From positions 113,671 through 177,670 of the forward strand of contig JBDRIV010000004.1 of NCBI GenBank assembly GCA_043815505.1: a stretch of 64,000 nucleotides of DNA. Direction: 5' to 3'. The notes under the pieces are model-generated. The model ran no database searches and had not been told where the DNA came from. It saw nothing but the letters and a program-made list of their open reading frames with translations. This document shows, in pieces, positions 61,961 to 64,000 of the stretch (positions are counted from its first letter, which is position 1; each line of letters opens with the position of its first letter). This DNA comes from a bacterium (GTDB lineage: Bacteria > Patescibacteriota > JABMPQ01 > JBDRIV01). The translations under genes were made by a program, and so were the position numbers.

Positions 61961-63511
61961 TTAATTTAATTTTTTAACAATTCCTTTGTTGGCGTCAACT
62001 TCTACTTTATCTCCGTCTTTTAAAACTTTTGTAGCAATGTTAATACCTGTTATGCAAGGTGTGCCCATTTCACGCGATACAATAGCGGCATGGCAAGTTA
62101 TTCCCCCGTCTTCAGTAATAATCGCCGCCGCCTTTTTCATAGCTGGAACTAGTGCTGGATAAGTGGTATGAGAAACCATAACATCACCTGCTTCCATTTT
62201 GCTCATTTCTTCTGGTGAGTTTACAATTTTTACTTTGCCTTTGGCTTGACCAGAACAAGCACATGTCCCTTGTAATTCTTTTAAATTCTCATCAATTTCT
62301 TCTTCTTTAATATTTTTGTCACTTAGGAAATCATCAGCTTCTTTGGCTGTTAAAATTTTTACATCTTCACCGTTGTAATACATAACTGCTTTTTTAGCTC
62401 TTCTGCTTAGTTCCTGTAAATCAATATCTTGACCATCAATAAAAATATCTTGCACCTCCCAATAGCTTAATAAATGCATTTGGTTTAACGATAAATATAT
62501 CCTTTTGCCCATTTCCCTTAATATTTTGTCCAGCGCGTAAAAACCGTGATACATTATTTCCTTGCGATGTCCTTTTAAATAAGAAATGTCGGCTGCTAAA
62601 TCAAAGATTCTCATATCTTCCTTACTAATACTGAGTTTTTGAACCAGTTCTTCTCTTTTTTTCTTTACTTCACTGGGCCGATTTTCTAATTTGGCAATAG
62701 CTTTATCTAAGTCTGTTTTTTCCTTTATTAAACCTGACCAAATCTGTAAATAGGTATCAATGTTGTAGGCTGGGCCCATATAATTAAACGGTAACCAGCG
62801 CCATTTCTGGTGATGCTTCTCAATTCCTGCTAAAATTACAGGATTTAAACCATCAGGTATTTTTGAAAAATCCTCTAATTCTGCAAATAATTTTTTCGCG
62901 GTTTCGTCTTCTGAAATTTGTTGAGCGAATTTCAAAGATTCTATTTCTTCATTTATTACAAATCCATTTCTCTCATCTGTTGTTAATTTGCTAAAAGTAT
63001 CGGCCACATCTAAATCTGAATTGGAACCTTCTATTAATTCTTCCGTTCTTTTCATAAGTTTTTTAGAAAAATTCTGTTTGTAGCCATCTGAGAACCAGGT
63101 CGTTGATAATGAGTGCTGATGACCCTTTTTTTGATTTTTTATTAATTCTTTGTAAATACTTCCGAGTTCTTCATTGGAAAGTTCCTCTAAATTTAGATCG
63201 AGAATTTCTTTGGCATAATTAAAATATCTATCGTTAATTTTGTAAGTTTCCTTATTTATGTCTTCCGCTTTGGCAGGATTCATGTAAATTGTTTCAATAA
63301 TCGCATTCTCCAGTTTTTCAAGTTCTTTTTCTGGTTCATAAAAAGCTATTAAGTCAACTCCATCCCAAACTGCTATCATTTCCTTCAGAATCACATTACC
63401 TTTGCCAAGTAATATTTCTTGACAATTTTTAAAGTTTTTAAAAGTCGGGGTTATTAAATGATACCCCGATTTGTCTATCTTAAAATTTTCTACCCAGACT
63501 TTTTCTTTCAT
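61961..63511 (-). CDS. PEP-utilizing enzyme mobile-domain protein
   Basis: C-terminal TEDGGITCHAAIVSRE swivel domain. Confidence 0.85.
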   Translation of the reverse strand: MKEKVWVENFKIDKSGYHLITPTFKNFKNCQEILLGKGNVILKEMIAVWDGVDLIAFYEPEKELEKLENAIIETIYMNPAKAEDINKETYKINDRYFNYAKEILDLNLEELSNEELGSIYKELIKNQKKGHQHSLSTTWFSDGYKQNFSKKLMKRTEELIEGSNSDLDVADTFSKLTTDERNGFVINEEIESLKFAQQISEDETAKKLFAELEDFSKIPDGLNPVILAGIEKHHQKWRWLPFNYMGPAYNIDTYLQIWSGLIKEKTDLDKAIAKLENRPSEVKKKREELVQKLSISKEDMRIFDLAADISYLKGHRKEIMYHGFYALDKILREMGKRIYLSLNQMHLLSYWEVQDIFIDGQDIDLQELSRRAKKAVMYYNGEDVKILTAKEADDFLSDKNIKEEEIDENLKELQGTCACSGQAKGKVKIVNSPEEMSKMEAGDVMVSHTTYPALVPAMKKAAAIITEDGGITCHAAIVSREMGTPCITGINIATKVLKDGDKVEVDANKGIVKKLN

Positions 63512-63512
63512 G

Positions 63513-64000
63513 TTAAATTATTTTTACTTTACCATTTGTGGCATCAACTTCGACTTCGTCGCCATCTTTTAGAACTTCGGTCGCGATTTTGGTTCCGACG
63601 ACGCAAGGAATTTGTAACTCCCGCGACACAATAGCTGCGTGACATGTTAACCCTCCCTCATCAGTAATAATGGCTTTGGCAATCCTGATGGCCGACATTA
63701 AATTGGGGTTGGTAGCAGCAGAAATCAAAATGTTACCCGATATCATTTTTTTTATTTCCTCTGGTCGGTTGATTATTTTTGCCACACCCGTAACTTTTCC
63801 TCGGTATGCGGTCGTTCCTGTCAGCTCTTTTTTAAGGGAATATTTTTTAGACAATGGGAAATTGTCTCGCACAAATGCCGTTGCCGATGAACCGTCGTAA
63901 CAGAATTTTTTATTGTCGATTTGGCCATAAACAACTAGTTTAATTCTAGAATTAATTTTTTTTAAATTCAATGATTTGCTTTGTAAGCCTTTAGCTATTT
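63513..64000 (-). CDS. second PEP-utilizer mobile-domain protein, 5'-truncated by window edge
   Basis: TDEGGLTCHAAIVSRE; frame stays open to 64000. Confidence 0.85.
   Translation of the reverse strand, partial: IAKGLQSKSLNLKKINSRIKLVVYGQIDNKKFCYDGSSATAFVRDNFPLSKKYSLKKELTGTTAYRGKVTGVAKIINRPEEIKKMISGNILISAATNPNLMSAIRIAKAIITDEGGLTCHAAIVSRELQIPCVVGTKIATEVLKDGDEVEVDATNGKVKII

Overview
AT-rich bacterial chromosome segment, most consistent with Patescibacteria/CPR (inferred from gene style: NUDIX inserted in LeuRS, alpha2-type GlyRS, membrane-anchored Clp ATPase, stand-alone PEP-utilizer paralogs, SD-poor core genes). It is mostly minus-strand housekeeping genes: glyA, tsaC, leuS, tatD, metG, rsmI, glyS, tgt, recO, ileS, argS, smpB and tmRNA, infC-rpmI-rplT, gdhA. 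Surface proteins, an ECF sigma operon and self-contained ORFan cassettes are interspersed. No transposase, integrase, reverse transcriptase, CRISPR array, rRNA or tRNA was seen. The most striking signals are non-coding. (1) Three tandem GC-rich, promoter-driven units with base-paired ends lie downstream of tmRNA and look like structured RNAs. (2) A dispersed ~100-bp element with CCCRGTAGTACAA inverted ends occurs 7 times; 4 copies end directly at an ATG and 1 at a -35 box, and a ~98-bp sister family also exists. (3) Two ~160-bp rod hairpins share conserved internal loops and have covarying stems. All structure calls were made by eye, not computed.
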